64,000 nt of DNA from Gammaproteobacteria bacterium. Its GTDB lineage: Bacteria; Pseudomonadota; Gammaproteobacteria; Eutrophobiales; Eutrophobiaceae. The stretch's first letter is position 1. The number at the start of each line of letters is the position of its first letter. Shown piece after piece: positions 1-9,494 of the stretch. The notes beneath the pieces were generated by a model. The model worked only from the letters and a program-made list of their open reading frames with translations, was not told the origin of the DNA and ran no database searches. A program made the position numbers and the translations under genes. The stretch is from positions 4,927 through 68,926 of the forward strand of contig JBBDSH010000096.1 in NCBI GenBank assembly GCA_040905045.1. The letters are read 5' to 3'.

Positions 1-116
1 TGCAACGCAATCCCTCCCTGATCGCCAGCTGGAAGGCGCTGGTCAATCTACATGGGCGGGCCGGCCGGGAACAGGACGCCGGCCGGGCACGGCAGCAGGT
101 TTCTTATCTGGTACAG

Positions 117-1694
117 TTGCCGCCGGAACTGATCAGTGTTCTGAATTTTCTGCATGAGGGTAATCTGTACAAGGCCGAGCATCTGTGCCGGGCCTTCCTG
201 CAGCGGAACAAGGATCATATCGAAGGTATGCGCCTGCTGGCGGAAATCGGTATTCGGCTGAAAGTTTACGATGATGCCGAATTTCTGCTGGAAAGCGCCG
301 TCGAATTCGCGCCTGATCATTTACCCGCGCGGGTTGATTATCTGAATGTCCTGATCCGGAAAACGCGATGGCAACAGGCGTACGAACAGGCGAGTATTCT
401 CGTGGAAAGGGAACCGGACAATCCGGCCTTCCGGAGTTCCCTGGCCACCACCCTGGTGGGACTGGGGCGTTTTGAAGAAGGCATTGCCCTGTACCGGGAA
501 ATACTGGAGCAACACCCCGCACAGCATGAGCTGTACCTTCTGATCGGTCACGCGCAGAAGACCATCGGTGATTTTGATGACGCCGTCGAATCCTATCGTA
601 CCGCCTATCACATCAAGCCGGACTTTGGTGATGCCTTCTGGAGCCTGGCCAATACCAAGACCTATCGGTTTACGGATGAGGAAATCGAGTACATCAGGTT
701 TTATGAACAGTCGGATGACATCTCAACGGAAGACAGGATCCATATGTGTTTCGCGGCCGGAAAGGCGCTGGAGGATCGCGGCGAATTCGACGAATCGTTC
801 GACTATTACGAGCGGGGCAATGACCTGAAGCGGCGTCAATCCGGTTACGATCCCCCCATCACCGACCGGCGCGTTCATGCCCAGACGGAAATCTGTACGC
901 GGGAACTGTTCGAGCAACGGAACGGTGTCGGTGCGGAGCATCCGGATCCGATTTTCATTGTCGGCCTGCCGCGGGCCGGTTCCACGTTGCTGGAACAAAT
1001 CCTGGCCTCCCATTCCATGGTGGATGGCACCATGGAGCTGCATAATATCCTCGGCCTGGCGCAAAGGCTGCGGGGCCGGAATACCGAGGAGACGTCGCGT
1101 TATCCGGCGATCCTGCAGGAACTGGAGGATGACTATTTCCGCCGTTTCGGTGAGCAGTACATCGAGAATACACGGGTGTACCGGGCCGGGGCGCCGTTCT
1201 TCATCGACAAGATGCCCAACAATTTCCTTCATATCGGCCTGATCCGCTTAATTCTGCCCAACGCCAAAATCATTGACGCCCGACGCAATCCCATGGCCTG
1301 TTGCTTCAGCGGTTTCAAACAGCTGTTCGGGGAAGGGCAATACTTTACCTACGGTCTGCACGAGATCGGCCGCTATTACCGCGCCTATGTGCAACTAATG
1401 GATCACTGGGATGAAGTGCTGCCCGGTTTCGTATTGCGGGTCATGCATGAGGACGTGGTCGACGATCTTGAAGGACAGGTACGGCGTATTCTCGAATTCT
1501 GCAACCTGCACTTCGAGCAGAGTTGCCTGGAGTATCACAAGACCGAGCGCAGTGTGCGCACGCCCAGTTCCGAACAGGTCCGGCAGCCCATCTATCGCAG
1601 CAGTGTCGAACAGTGGCGTAACTACGAGAAACACCTGGGGCCGTTGAAGGAAGCACTGGGGCCGGATATCCTGGCGCGCTATCCGGATCGTTGA
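117..1694 (+). CDS. TPR-repeat / sulfotransferase fusion protein
   Basis: N-terminal TPR-like repeats; C-terminal sulfotransferase motifs (5'-PSB-like 'IVGLPRAGSTLLEQIL', 3'-PB-like 'RRNPMACCFSGF'). Confidence 0.7.
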   Translation: MPPELISVLNFLHEGNLYKAEHLCRAFLQRNKDHIEGMRLLAEIGIRLKVYDDAEFLLESAVEFAPDHLPARVDYLNVLIRKTRWQQAYEQASILVEREPDNPAFRSSLATTLVGLGRFEEGIALYREILEQHPAQHELYLLIGHAQKTIGDFDDAVESYRTAYHIKPDFGDAFWSLANTKTYRFTDEEIEYIRFYEQSDDISTEDRIHMCFAAGKALEDRGEFDESFDYYERGNDLKRRQSGYDPPITDRRVHAQTEICTRELFEQRNGVGAEHPDPIFIVGLPRAGSTLLEQILASHSMVDGTMELHNILGLAQRLRGRNTEETSRYPAILQELEDDYFRRFGEQYIENTRVYRAGAPFFIDKMPNNFLHIGLIRLILPNAKIIDARRNPMACCFSGFKQLFGEGQYFTYGLHEIGRYYRAYVQLMDHWDEVLPGFVLRVMHEDVVDDLEGQVRRILEFCNLHFEQSCLEYHKTERSVRTPSSEQVRQPIYRSSVEQWRNYEKHLGPLKEALGPDILARYPDR

Positions 1695-1713
1695 TCCCAT
1701 CCACTCGTCGATC

Positions 1714-3468
1714 ATGGCGCGGGAAAGTTCCACGGCAAAGAAACCGGATCAAGCCGTTGTCGAGTCGCTTTTTTCGCTCTACAGGGAGGGAAATTATGCG
1801 GAACTGGCCGGCCGCATACAGTCCCTGCTGAACGATCATCCTGAGGAGCTGGTTTTGCACAGCCTGCTGGGCGCGGCGTGGCTGGAACTGGGTGAGTACG
1901 ACTCGGCCATAGACAGTTATCGTGCGGCCCTGGCCATCAAACCGGATTTCGACAAGGTTCATAACAGCCTAGGTATCGCGCATCTGCGCCTGCGGCAGTT
2001 CGATGAAGCCGGGACGGCCTTCCGCAACGCCGTCGGTATCAATCCCCGCTTTGCCGAGGCCTGGTTCAATCTCGGCATTGTCCATGAAAACAGCCGGCAA
2101 TGGAGCGCGGCGGCGGAGTGTTACCGCAAGGCCATTGCAGCCAGGCCGGATTACGCGGAAGCGCACAATTCCCTGGCTACGGTGCTGTGGCAGGAGGGGG
2201 AGACCGACGCTGTCGCCGAACATTACGGTAAGGCACTGTCATTACGGCGGAATTATTATCCCGCCTGGCGTAACCTGTTGCACTTCCTGGAAAAAGCAAA
2301 CCGGCACGAGGAATTGAAACAGGCAAGACAGCAGGCTGCCGATGTGCTGGGCAACCACGAACTGATCCGCTTCTATGCCGGCGTGCTTGCCGACATGGAT
2401 AACGACACCGCCTTGGCCCGGACCCTGCTCGAATCAATCGTCTTCGATACCGGTGATAACCTTGGTTGTCATGACGAGCAATTGCGTCTTGGACGCCTGG
2501 TTGCTGTTTGCGATCGGTTGGATGACACCGCCGGTGCTATGGACTACGCACGGCGGGCCAATGCCCTGTCGCAAGCTATCTCGGCCGACAAGGGCATTGC
2601 TGGAGAAGGATATCAGGTGATGGTCCGGGAGCGGCGGGCTTTCTTCGTTCCGGAAAACCTGTCCTGCTGGTCGATATTGCCGCAATCAGGTATGAACGAA
2701 ATGGCACCGGTGTTCATTGTCGGTTTTCCGCGATCGGGGACCACGTTGCTGGATACAATCCTGCGCGGCCATCCGCAGATCCGCATCGCCGAGGAATGCG
2801 ATGCCGTCGCACTCCTGGTGGACCGGCTTGCGTCCGCTTCGGATCATCATTTGCAGAACCTGCCTGATCTCAAGCCCGATACAATCCGGCAACTGGGAGA
2901 ACTATACCGGGACAGGCTGAATTATCACCTGCAGACGGACGATGAATCATTACGTCTGATTGATCGCTCGACGCTTAACATGATTCATGCCGGTGAAATA
3001 CTGCGTATCTTTCCCGAAGCGCGTTTCATATTCTTGTTGCGGCATCCTGCCGATTCTGTGCTGAGCTGTTATATGCAGACGTTTTACGAAACGCCGGCCA
3101 ATGCCAATTTTTATTCCCTGGAAGATGCTGCTGCACTGTATGATCTGGTGTTCGGTTTATGGCGACAGTATGAAGAAGGTCTGGGCATGAACATCCTCTA
3201 TGTTCGGTATGAGGATATTGTCGAGGATATTGAACAGGCCTGCCGGTCCGTGCTGGATTTCATCGATATGCCCTGGCATCCGGCCATGCTCGAACATCGG
3301 TCTACCGCGCGTAACAGGGAGATGATCCGGACTGCCAGTTATAATCAGGTCACACAGCCTTTGTATACCCGCGCGGCCGGCCGCTGGCGGCGATACCGTG
3401 ATGCCCTGGAGCCGGTTCTGCCGGTACTGGAACCCTGGGCGCGGCGATTCGGTTATTCCATGAAATGA
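1714..3468 (+). CDS. TPR-repeat / sulfotransferase fusion protein (paralog of upstream gene)
   Basis: TPR repeats (AEAWFNLG, AEAHNSLA pattern) followed by 'FIVGFPRSGTTLLDTIL' P-loop-like PAPS motif; 19-nt spacing from upstream gene. Confidence 0.7.
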   Translation: MARESSTAKKPDQAVVESLFSLYREGNYAELAGRIQSLLNDHPEELVLHSLLGAAWLELGEYDSAIDSYRAALAIKPDFDKVHNSLGIAHLRLRQFDEAGTAFRNAVGINPRFAEAWFNLGIVHENSRQWSAAAECYRKAIAARPDYAEAHNSLATVLWQEGETDAVAEHYGKALSLRRNYYPAWRNLLHFLEKANRHEELKQARQQAADVLGNHELIRFYAGVLADMDNDTALARTLLESIVFDTGDNLGCHDEQLRLGRLVAVCDRLDDTAGAMDYARRANALSQAISADKGIAGEGYQVMVRERRAFFVPENLSCWSILPQSGMNEMAPVFIVGFPRSGTTLLDTILRGHPQIRIAEECDAVALLVDRLASASDHHLQNLPDLKPDTIRQLGELYRDRLNYHLQTDDESLRLIDRSTLNMIHAGEILRIFPEARFIFLLRHPADSVLSCYMQTFYETPANANFYSLEDAAALYDLVFGLWRQYEEGLGMNILYVRYEDIVEDIEQACRSVLDFIDMPWHPAMLEHRSTARNREMIRTASYNQVTQPLYTRAAGRWRRYRDALEPVLPVLEPWARRFGYSMK

Positions 3469-3470
3469 TC

Positions 3471-3566
3471 GTAGGGCGGGTTGAGTGCATAGGCGAGCCC
3501 ACTATTTATGAATGATGGACGGTTTATGGTGGGTTTCGTGGACAGCACTCTACCCACCCTACGGCT
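3471..3566. repeat. REP-like palindromic element, family E (GTAGGGYGGGTWGAGCG...CGAAACCCACC)
   Basis: inverted arms gtagggcgggttgag / ctacccaccctac; the same family recurs at 7064, 37125, 37273, 39364 and 39521. Confidence 0.8.
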
Positions 3567-3602
3567 GCTCTGGTAGAAGTCGGATTAACCGGATTATGCG
3601 GA

Positions 3603-4601
3603 TCAGGATGAATCGGAAGTGGGTATGAAGTAATCATACATCTCCGGTGCCAGGGCCGGATTCAGGATACGCTGCATGATAATGGCGTTGGCACCGATAC
3701 CGTTGCTGGAGGCGACAAGTATACGCCTGTTCGGATGCAGTTGCGCCGCGGTTTGTTCGATAAGGTGCCGGTAACGGGGAACCGCGACAGGCTGCATCCC
3801 GTACTGCAGCCATATCTCGCGCCAGTCCCGGGCGAAATCAGTCAACAGAACTCTGTATTGTTCCAGCATGGTGGTGTCGTTCTCCGGGTGGGCCTGCAGA
3901 TCCCGGATTAATTCATTGATCATTGCATCGATCTCGCCGGGTGCCATAACCGGCGCGGTATTGATTGTTTCCGTGGTGATTTCCGTTTCCACCCCGGGTT
4001 GATACGGTATTTCCCGGATCAGATTATTGAGTTCGGCGGCATCCTTGTTCGTGTCCAGTTTCTGCATGTACCGAACCGTCCGCCAGAAGCGCGAGGAGCC
4101 GGCCAGATCGATGACCAGATGGATCCGGTCTTCCTTGCCATTATTGATGACATTATGCCGGCGCCAGTTATCGAAGACCCAGCATTCGCCCGGTTTCATA
4201 TTGATGTTTTCATCCCCGCAGTAGAACAGGACATCCGAATTGGTAATGACGGGAACATGCACCCGTACCCGCGTGTACCAGTGATAATTGAAGTCTACGT
4301 GGTTGCTGACCTCGCAGTTGGCATCCAGTTTCATTAGCCGGGAACGGGTCAACACCTCACCGAGGCTGGCCATGACCTGGTGGTGATAGGGGCTTTTCCG
4401 CAAGTGCGGTGTGATTTTCATGGCGCCGACGAAGTCATCGTTATCGGTACCGTCCCGGGAAATCAGGGGGACGGCGGAGTTGCCCTTTAAACCGGAGGGA
4501 TGCGGCATCCATGCAGTGGCGTCCAGTGATGTGACTTCTTCCGCGAGCCGCGAGGCATCGAAACGGAACGGGAGACGGACGAACGGTTGTGCCAGTTTCA
4601 T
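3603..4601 (-). CDS. aspartyl/asparaginyl beta-hydroxylase (AspH/LpxO-like) family protein
   Basis: cupin-like segment 'HVDFNYHWYTRVRVHVPVITNSDVLFYCGDENINMKPGECWVFDNWRRHNVINNG' typical of Asp_Arg_Hydrox family. Confidence 0.5.
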   Translation of the reverse strand: MKLAQPFVRLPFRFDASRLAEEVTSLDATAWMPHPSGLKGNSAVPLISRDGTDNDDFVGAMKITPHLRKSPYHHQVMASLGEVLTRSRLMKLDANCEVSNHVDFNYHWYTRVRVHVPVITNSDVLFYCGDENINMKPGECWVFDNWRRHNVINNGKEDRIHLVIDLAGSSRFWRTVRYMQKLDTNKDAAELNNLIREIPYQPGVETEITTETINTAPVMAPGEIDAMINELIRDLQAHPENDTTMLEQYRVLLTDFARDWREIWLQYGMQPVAVPRYRHLIEQTAAQLHPNRRILVASSNGIGANAIIMQRILNPALAPEMYDYFIPTSDSS

Positions 4602-4622
4602 AATCGGTTTGAATATCCGGTA

Positions 4623-5264
4623 TCAGCCTGTGGCGCCATTCTGCCAAGCGTACCGGAATAGTTCCAGGTCTTTGCTGTAAAACTTTTCGATTGCTTCTTT
4701 CAGTTCCGTATCATAATAGTCCGAATATCGGGCGTGTTCCGAGACGTTCTTTTCCGGCAATTTTTCCGGTTTGATACCGATGTGCGTACAGATTTCGTTC
4801 CATGACTCCTGTAATGTTTCGTAACGGCCGATATAGTCCATTGCAATTTGATCGGCGTTATCAATCAGGAATTGATACTGGGGAAGGATAAGCATGCGTC
4901 TTCGGAATGCGTCTCTTTGAAAGAGTTGTTTTATCGTGATGATTTCTCTTCCCCTGAAATCCGGATTTTTCCGATTGAGAAAGAAGCACGCGGAAATAAA
5001 TCGATCAAAGGGATTGCGGACAAAGGCAAATTTGAAATAGGAATCCCGAACTTCACGGGACAGATACGATTCAATCTGCCGGAAGGAAATATGCCCGTGC
5101 TTCAGCGCCGCAATCTCCGGGATGGGGATGCTGCTCTCGCCGTGCAGAATCTTCTGTTCCCAGTCATTTTCGTCCAGATGAGGACGCAATGCCTCCCGAA
5201 CGGCATGGGTAGCGGTTCTGGGAACGGCAAAGAATATAAATCGATGTTTGTGGGAAATAATCAC
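4623..5264 (-). CDS. NodH-like (Sulfotransfer_3-type) sulfotransferase
   Basis: N-terminal 'HRFIFFAVPRTATHAVRE' resembles the NodH 'PRTGTHY' PAPS-binding motif; size 213 aa. Confidence 0.5.
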   Translation of the reverse strand: MIISHKHRFIFFAVPRTATHAVREALRPHLDENDWEQKILHGESSIPIPEIAALKHGHISFRQIESYLSREVRDSYFKFAFVRNPFDRFISACFFLNRKNPDFRGREIITIKQLFQRDAFRRRMLILPQYQFLIDNADQIAMDYIGRYETLQESWNEICTHIGIKPEKLPEKNVSEHARYSDYYDTELKEAIEKFYSKDLELFRYAWQNGATG

Positions 5265-5642
5265 CGGCTATCCACTGTTCAGCTTCACCTCTGGCAATAT
5301 TCACTATCCTACCCGCGGCATTGTTTTTTGGCCATTCCAGGCTGTAAGCTTAAATGTTACGGATTGACTTTGCTCGGAAATTACGTAATCTTTGCCGCCA
5401 CTTTTTATTCCCTCAAGTGATCGAGATGAAAAACGGAAATACCCGTCTGTTTCCGGATACCGGCGTACCAGCGTGCCGGGCCGACTCGATCCTGCCTCGT
5501 TTCATTAATATTGTGATTACCGTCAGGAAAACGAGGATCGGCTGAGCCGGCAGCCGATCGGTGTCCTGAAGCGCACCGGCGAGACCGCCGGCGCATCCGT
5601 AATAACACGGGGCTGAACCCCTGACAGCAACGGTAATCCACA

Positions 5643-7067
5643 ATGAATCCTGTAAAAGTATTACAAGAATTGATGGTACGGTCCGGCCGGGCCTGGGCCT
5701 TCATGCGCCTCGCCGTGGCGGGCGGTAATCTCGACTACACCACCGGTTCCATTCGTCGCGCCGTCCTGCTGCTTTCCATACCCATGGTCCTGGAAATGGC
5801 GATGGAGTCCATCTTCGCCATTGTCGATATCTTTTTTGTTTCATACCTGGGGGCGGCGGCGGTGGCGACCGTCGGCCTGACCGAGGCCCTGTTGTCGCTG
5901 CTCTACGCCGTGGCCATCGGCCTCAGCGTCGCGGTGACGGCCCTGGTGGCGCGCCGCATCGGCGAGAAGAATACTACCGGTGCCGTCACGATCGCGGCAC
6001 AGACTATCTGGTTGGGCGTGATTATCGGATCAGTCGTCGGCATCGTCGGTGTTTTCAACGCCGAGGCTATCCTCCGCTTCATGGGCGCCGGGGAGGCCGT
6101 TATCGCCGAAGGCAAGGGTTATATGGCCATCATGCTGGGCGGCAGCATCAATATCCTGTTTCTGTTCCTGCTGAATGCGGTTTACCGGGGCGCCGGTAAT
6201 GCCAGCATCGCCATGCGCTCCCTGTGGCTGGCCAACGGTATCAACATCATCCTGGATCCCTGCCTGATCTTCGGCCTCGGTCCCTTTCCGGAAATGGGCG
6301 TCACCGGCGCGGCCATTGCCACCAACATTGGCCGCAGTATCGGCGTGATCTACCAGCTTTATCATCTGTTTGACGGCCGGGCCATTATAACTCTGACCTT
6401 GAAACGGATGGCCTTTGTTCCGGGGATCATGCTGTCGCTGCTGAAACTCTCGGTGGGCGGCATCGGCCAGATCCTCATCGCCACGGCCAGCTGGGTGGTT
6501 CTGATGAAAATCGTGGCCGCCTACGGCAGCGAGGCGGTGGCGGGTTATACCATCGCCATCCGCATCGTCATTTTCACGATTCTTCCCGTCATGGGTATGA
6601 GTAACGCCGCCGCCACGCTCGTCGGCCAGAACCTTGGCGCCGCTCATCCCGAACGGGCGGAACACTCGGTGTTCAAGGTGTTGCAATACACTTTTCTTTT
6701 CCTGGTTGTGATCTTCATTTTTCTGTTTATTTATGCCCGGCCGTTAATGGGAATATTCAGTGCCGATACGGCGGTGATAGACGTCGGAGTCGACTGCCTG
6801 AGAATCTTCGCCGTCGGCCTGTTTTCATTCTGCCTGGGCATAGTATTGATCCAGGCCCTGAACGGCGCCGGTGACACCATGACACCGACGCGCATTAACC
6901 TGCTTTGTTTCTGGGCCATCGAGATTCCGCTGGCGTGGGTGCTGGCCGAGGTGATGTTGCTTGGCCCGCAGGGTGTCTTCATCGCCATTCCCGTGGCGGA
7001 GACCCTGATGGCGGTGCTGGCGTGGATGGCCTTCCGTAAAGGTGCATGGAAGTTGAACAAAGTGTAG
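5643..7067 (+). CDS. MATE family efflux transporter
   Basis: 12-TM hydrophobic profile, duplicated halves, NorM-like conserved segments. Confidence 0.8.
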   Translation: MNPVKVLQELMVRSGRAWAFMRLAVAGGNLDYTTGSIRRAVLLLSIPMVLEMAMESIFAIVDIFFVSYLGAAAVATVGLTEALLSLLYAVAIGLSVAVTALVARRIGEKNTTGAVTIAAQTIWLGVIIGSVVGIVGVFNAEAILRFMGAGEAVIAEGKGYMAIMLGGSINILFLFLLNAVYRGAGNASIAMRSLWLANGINIILDPCLIFGLGPFPEMGVTGAAIATNIGRSIGVIYQLYHLFDGRAIITLTLKRMAFVPGIMLSLLKLSVGGIGQILIATASWVVLMKIVAAYGSEAVAGYTIAIRIVIFTILPVMGMSNAAATLVGQNLGAAHPERAEHSVFKVLQYTFLFLVVIFIFLFIYARPLMGIFSADTAVIDVGVDCLRIFAVGLFSFCLGIVLIQALNGAGDTMTPTRINLLCFWAIEIPLAWVLAEVMLLGPQGVFIAIPVAETLMAVLAWMAFRKGAWKLNKV

Positions 7068-7150
7068 GGTGGGTAGAGCGAAGCGAAACCCACCGACCAC
7101 CGGGAACAGTCTCCATGGTGGGTTTCGCAAACAACGCTCAACCCACCCTA
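7064..7150. repeat. REP-like element, family E
   Basis: gtagggtgggtagagcgaagcgaaacccacc ... ggtgggtttcgcaaacaacgctcaacccaccctac. Confidence 0.85.
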
Positions 7151-7173
7151 CAACTACAAGCCACTAGAACTCG

Positions 7174-7213
7174 TAGCCCGGATGGAGCGCAGCGGAATCC
7201 GGGTTACGGGCTA
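7174..7213. repeat. REP-like element, family A (GTAGCCCGGATGSAGCGMAGCGNAATCCGGG)
   Basis: gtagcccggatggagcgcagcggaatccgggttacgggctac; copies at 14397, 14519, 18867, 18935, 18969, 36229 and 59217. Confidence 0.85.
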
Positions 7214-7251
7214 CAAGACTGCGCTTCATCCACGCTACAAGATTCCGGTTA

Positions 7252-7343
7252 TCCAGGAAGTCAAACCCTGGTTGTAGGAACGCCGACCTCGGCGCGAATA
7301 TAACTTCAATCATTCGGCTCGGGGGCGCGCCTCCTACTTCCTC
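7252..7343. repeat. composite inverted-repeat element, family D (AACCCTGGTTGTGGGAG ... CTCCCACAA-CAGGGTTT plus GTAGGAGGCGCGCC module), reverse orientation
   Basis: matches 13301-13450, 23590-23730 and 42702-42808. Confidence 0.75.
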
Positions 7344-7391
7344 CGTTTCACATCGAAGTTAAATTCAGGCCGGGGATGGAGAATATAAATC

Positions 7392-7472
7392 GATCTCGCA
7401 AAGGGCGCAAAGATCGCAGAGGGATCTATCATTTTCTGTTTCCTTGGCGTACTTGGCGCTCTTTGCGAGATC
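7392..7472. repeat. MITE-like element, family B (GATCTCGCAAAGGGCGCAAAG ... CTTTGCGAGATC terminal inverted repeats)
   Basis: inverted termini gatctcgcaaagggcgcaaagatcgc / ggcgctctttgcgagatc; copies at 19036, 48704, 56781 and 59078. Confidence 0.85.
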
Positions 7473-7536
7473 AAATTTTACAGGCATCATTCCATGGACG
7501 GCATTCTCCGGCTTCCATGTGACTTGTTACTGTCTG

Positions 7537-8451
7537 TCAACACCTTTTAATTCCCGAAAGAGTCGTCGGCGCCAGTTCCCGGATCAGTTGCAGGAAATGC
7601 TCGACCCAGGGCGGGGCGTCCGGCCGTGATGCGGCGTAGAGCCGGCACCAGAGACCGTTCCTGCCCAGGGGCAGGGAACGGATATAACCCTGTTCCACCT
7701 GCGGCTGAATGGTCCAGGTGGGCAACATGGCCAGACCGCGGCCGCTGGCTACCAGTTGAATGATGGCGATGGTGAGTTCGGCGGTGCGTCTGTCGGGATC
7801 GACACCGGCCGGTTTCAGGAATTCACGCACGCCGTCCAGCTGCCTGTCATCAACCGGGTAATGGATGAGGGTCTCTTGAGCGAAATCCTCGGGCGTCAGA
7901 TAGGACCTGCCCGCCAGCATGTGCCGGGGCGAGCAGCAGCCCACCATCTCGAAATCGAACAGGGAGTGATAGGCCACGCCGTCGCGGTTTTCCGGTTCAC
8001 TGTGCACGGCCAGGTCGGCTTCATTATTCAGCACCAGCGCCACCGGATCCGGTGTCAGGCCGGAGACCAGATCCTGTTCCACCTCCGGCCATTCATTCAG
8101 CAGCCGATCCAGGGCCGGCATGAGCCAGTCGAAGCAACTGTGACATTCCAGAGCGATACGCAGAGTCCCGGCGGAACCGCCGGCGATGCGGGCGATATCC
8201 CGCTCGGCATCATCGATTCGCCGCATCACCTCCCGGGCCAGGTTCATGAGCCGTTCCCCGGAGGGCGTCAGGCGCAGCGGCTGGCTCTTGCGCTCGAACA
8301 GGCTGACACCGTACTGCGCCTCCAGTTGCTTGAACTGCTGCGACAGCGCGGAGTGGGTAATGCAGAGATGTTGCGCCGCGCGGGACATGCTGCCCATCTC
8401 GGCCAGGGCGAGGATGGCACGTAAGTGCCTGATTTCCAAGGGTGACGACAT
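7537..8451 (-). CDS. metR: LysR-family transcriptional regulator, MetR-like
   Basis: N-terminal LysR HTH 'IRHLRAILALAEMGSMSRAAQHLCITHSALSQQFKQLE'; divergent from metF-metH. Confidence 0.65.
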   Translation of the reverse strand: MSSPLEIRHLRAILALAEMGSMSRAAQHLCITHSALSQQFKQLEAQYGVSLFERKSQPLRLTPSGERLMNLAREVMRRIDDAERDIARIAGGSAGTLRIALECHSCFDWLMPALDRLLNEWPEVEQDLVSGLTPDPVALVLNNEADLAVHSEPENRDGVAYHSLFDFEMVGCCSPRHMLAGRSYLTPEDFAQETLIHYPVDDRQLDGVREFLKPAGVDPDRRTAELTIAIIQLVASGRGLAMLPTWTIQPQVEQGYIRSLPLGRNGLWCRLYAASRPDAPPWVEHFLQLIRELAPTTLSGIKRC

Positions 8452-8546
8452 TTATATAAGTTTAATTAACATTCAGGTTAAAAATATATTAATTGAACTT
8501 ATATAGCAAGGACGTAGGATGTTGTTTCCGTAAGGAGGTTGTCACT

Positions 8547-9494
8547 ATGCACACTAATCAAGAACCCGAACACAATAATCTCAATCTGCGCTCCCGGACC
8601 ACACCGATCCGGGAGAGGCTGTCCGTATCGTTTGAATTTTTTCCGCCCGCGACGGAGGAAATGCAGCAGAAACTCTGGTCGGCGGTAGAACGACTGGCGC
8701 CCCTGAAACCGGCCTTTATGTCGGTGACCTACGGTGCCGGCGGTTCCACCCGTGAGCGCACCCATGCCACCGTCAAGCGCATGCTGACCGACACAGATGT
8801 GTCGCCGGCGGCGCACCTGACCTGTGTCGGCGCCTCGCGCGGCGAGGTGGACGATGTGGTGCGTGCCTATAAGGACGCCGGTATTAAAAAGATTGTCGCC
8901 CTGCGCGGTGATCCGCCCGATCCGGAGGCCGGCTTCCAACCGCATCCGCAGGGGTATAAAAATGCCGCAGATCTGGTCGCGGGTATCCGCAAGATCGGTG
9001 ATTTCGACATCAGTGTCGCCGCCTATCCGGAAAAGCATCCGGATTCACCCGACATGCAGGCGGATCTGGATAACCTGAAGCGCAAGATCGACGCCGGCGC
9101 CAATCGCGCCATTACCCAGTTCTTTTTCAACACCGACGACTATCCGCGCTTTCTCGACATGGCGCGGGCCCAGGACATCAGCGTTCCTATCGTCCCGGGC
9201 ATCATGCCGGTCACCAACTACGCCAAGCTGTGCCGTTTTGCGGCCGGCTGCGGCGCCACCATCCCCGACTGGCTGGCGCAATTATTTGAAGGACTGGATG
9301 ATGCGCCTGAGGAACGCAAGCTGATCGCCGCCTCGGTGGCGATTTCCCAGTGCGAACGCCTGCTGGAATACGGCGTCCGCAGTTTTCACTTTTATACCCT
9401 CAACCGCGCGGAACTGACCTGGGCCATCTGTCATTCCCTGGGCCTGCGCGCGGAACCCGAAGACGACAAAGTACTTCAACACGGAGCAGCGTAA
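8547..9494 (+). CDS. metF: 5,10-methylenetetrahydrofolate reductase
   Basis: 'VSFEFFPP', '[14 protein letters not shown]' and 'LRGDPP' motifs; start moved to the ATG at 8547 (MHTNQE). Confidence 0.85.
   Translation: MHTNQEPEHNNLNLRSRTTPIRERLSVSFEFFPPATEEMQQKLWSAVERLAPLKPAFMSVTYGAGGSTRERTHATVKRMLTDTDVSPAAHLTCVGASRGEVDDVVRAYKDAGIKKIVALRGDPPDPEAGFQPHPQGYKNAADLVAGIRKIGDFDISVAAYPEKHPDSPDMQADLDNLKRKIDAGANRAITQFFFNTDDYPRFLDMARAQDISVPIVPGIMPVTNYAKLCRFAAGCGATIPDWLAQLFEGLDDAPEERKLIAASVAISQCERLLEYGVRSFHFYTLNRAELTWAICHSLGLRAEPEDDKVLQHGAA

Noticed and set aside
5264-5643. Hairpins (cctcgttt...aaacgagg; gatcggctg-agccgg-cagccgatc) in the divergent promoter region between the NodH-like sulfotransferase and MATE genes
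   Set aside because: Neither is positioned as a terminator for either gene. No identifiable riboswitch consensus. Left as an unexplained structure.
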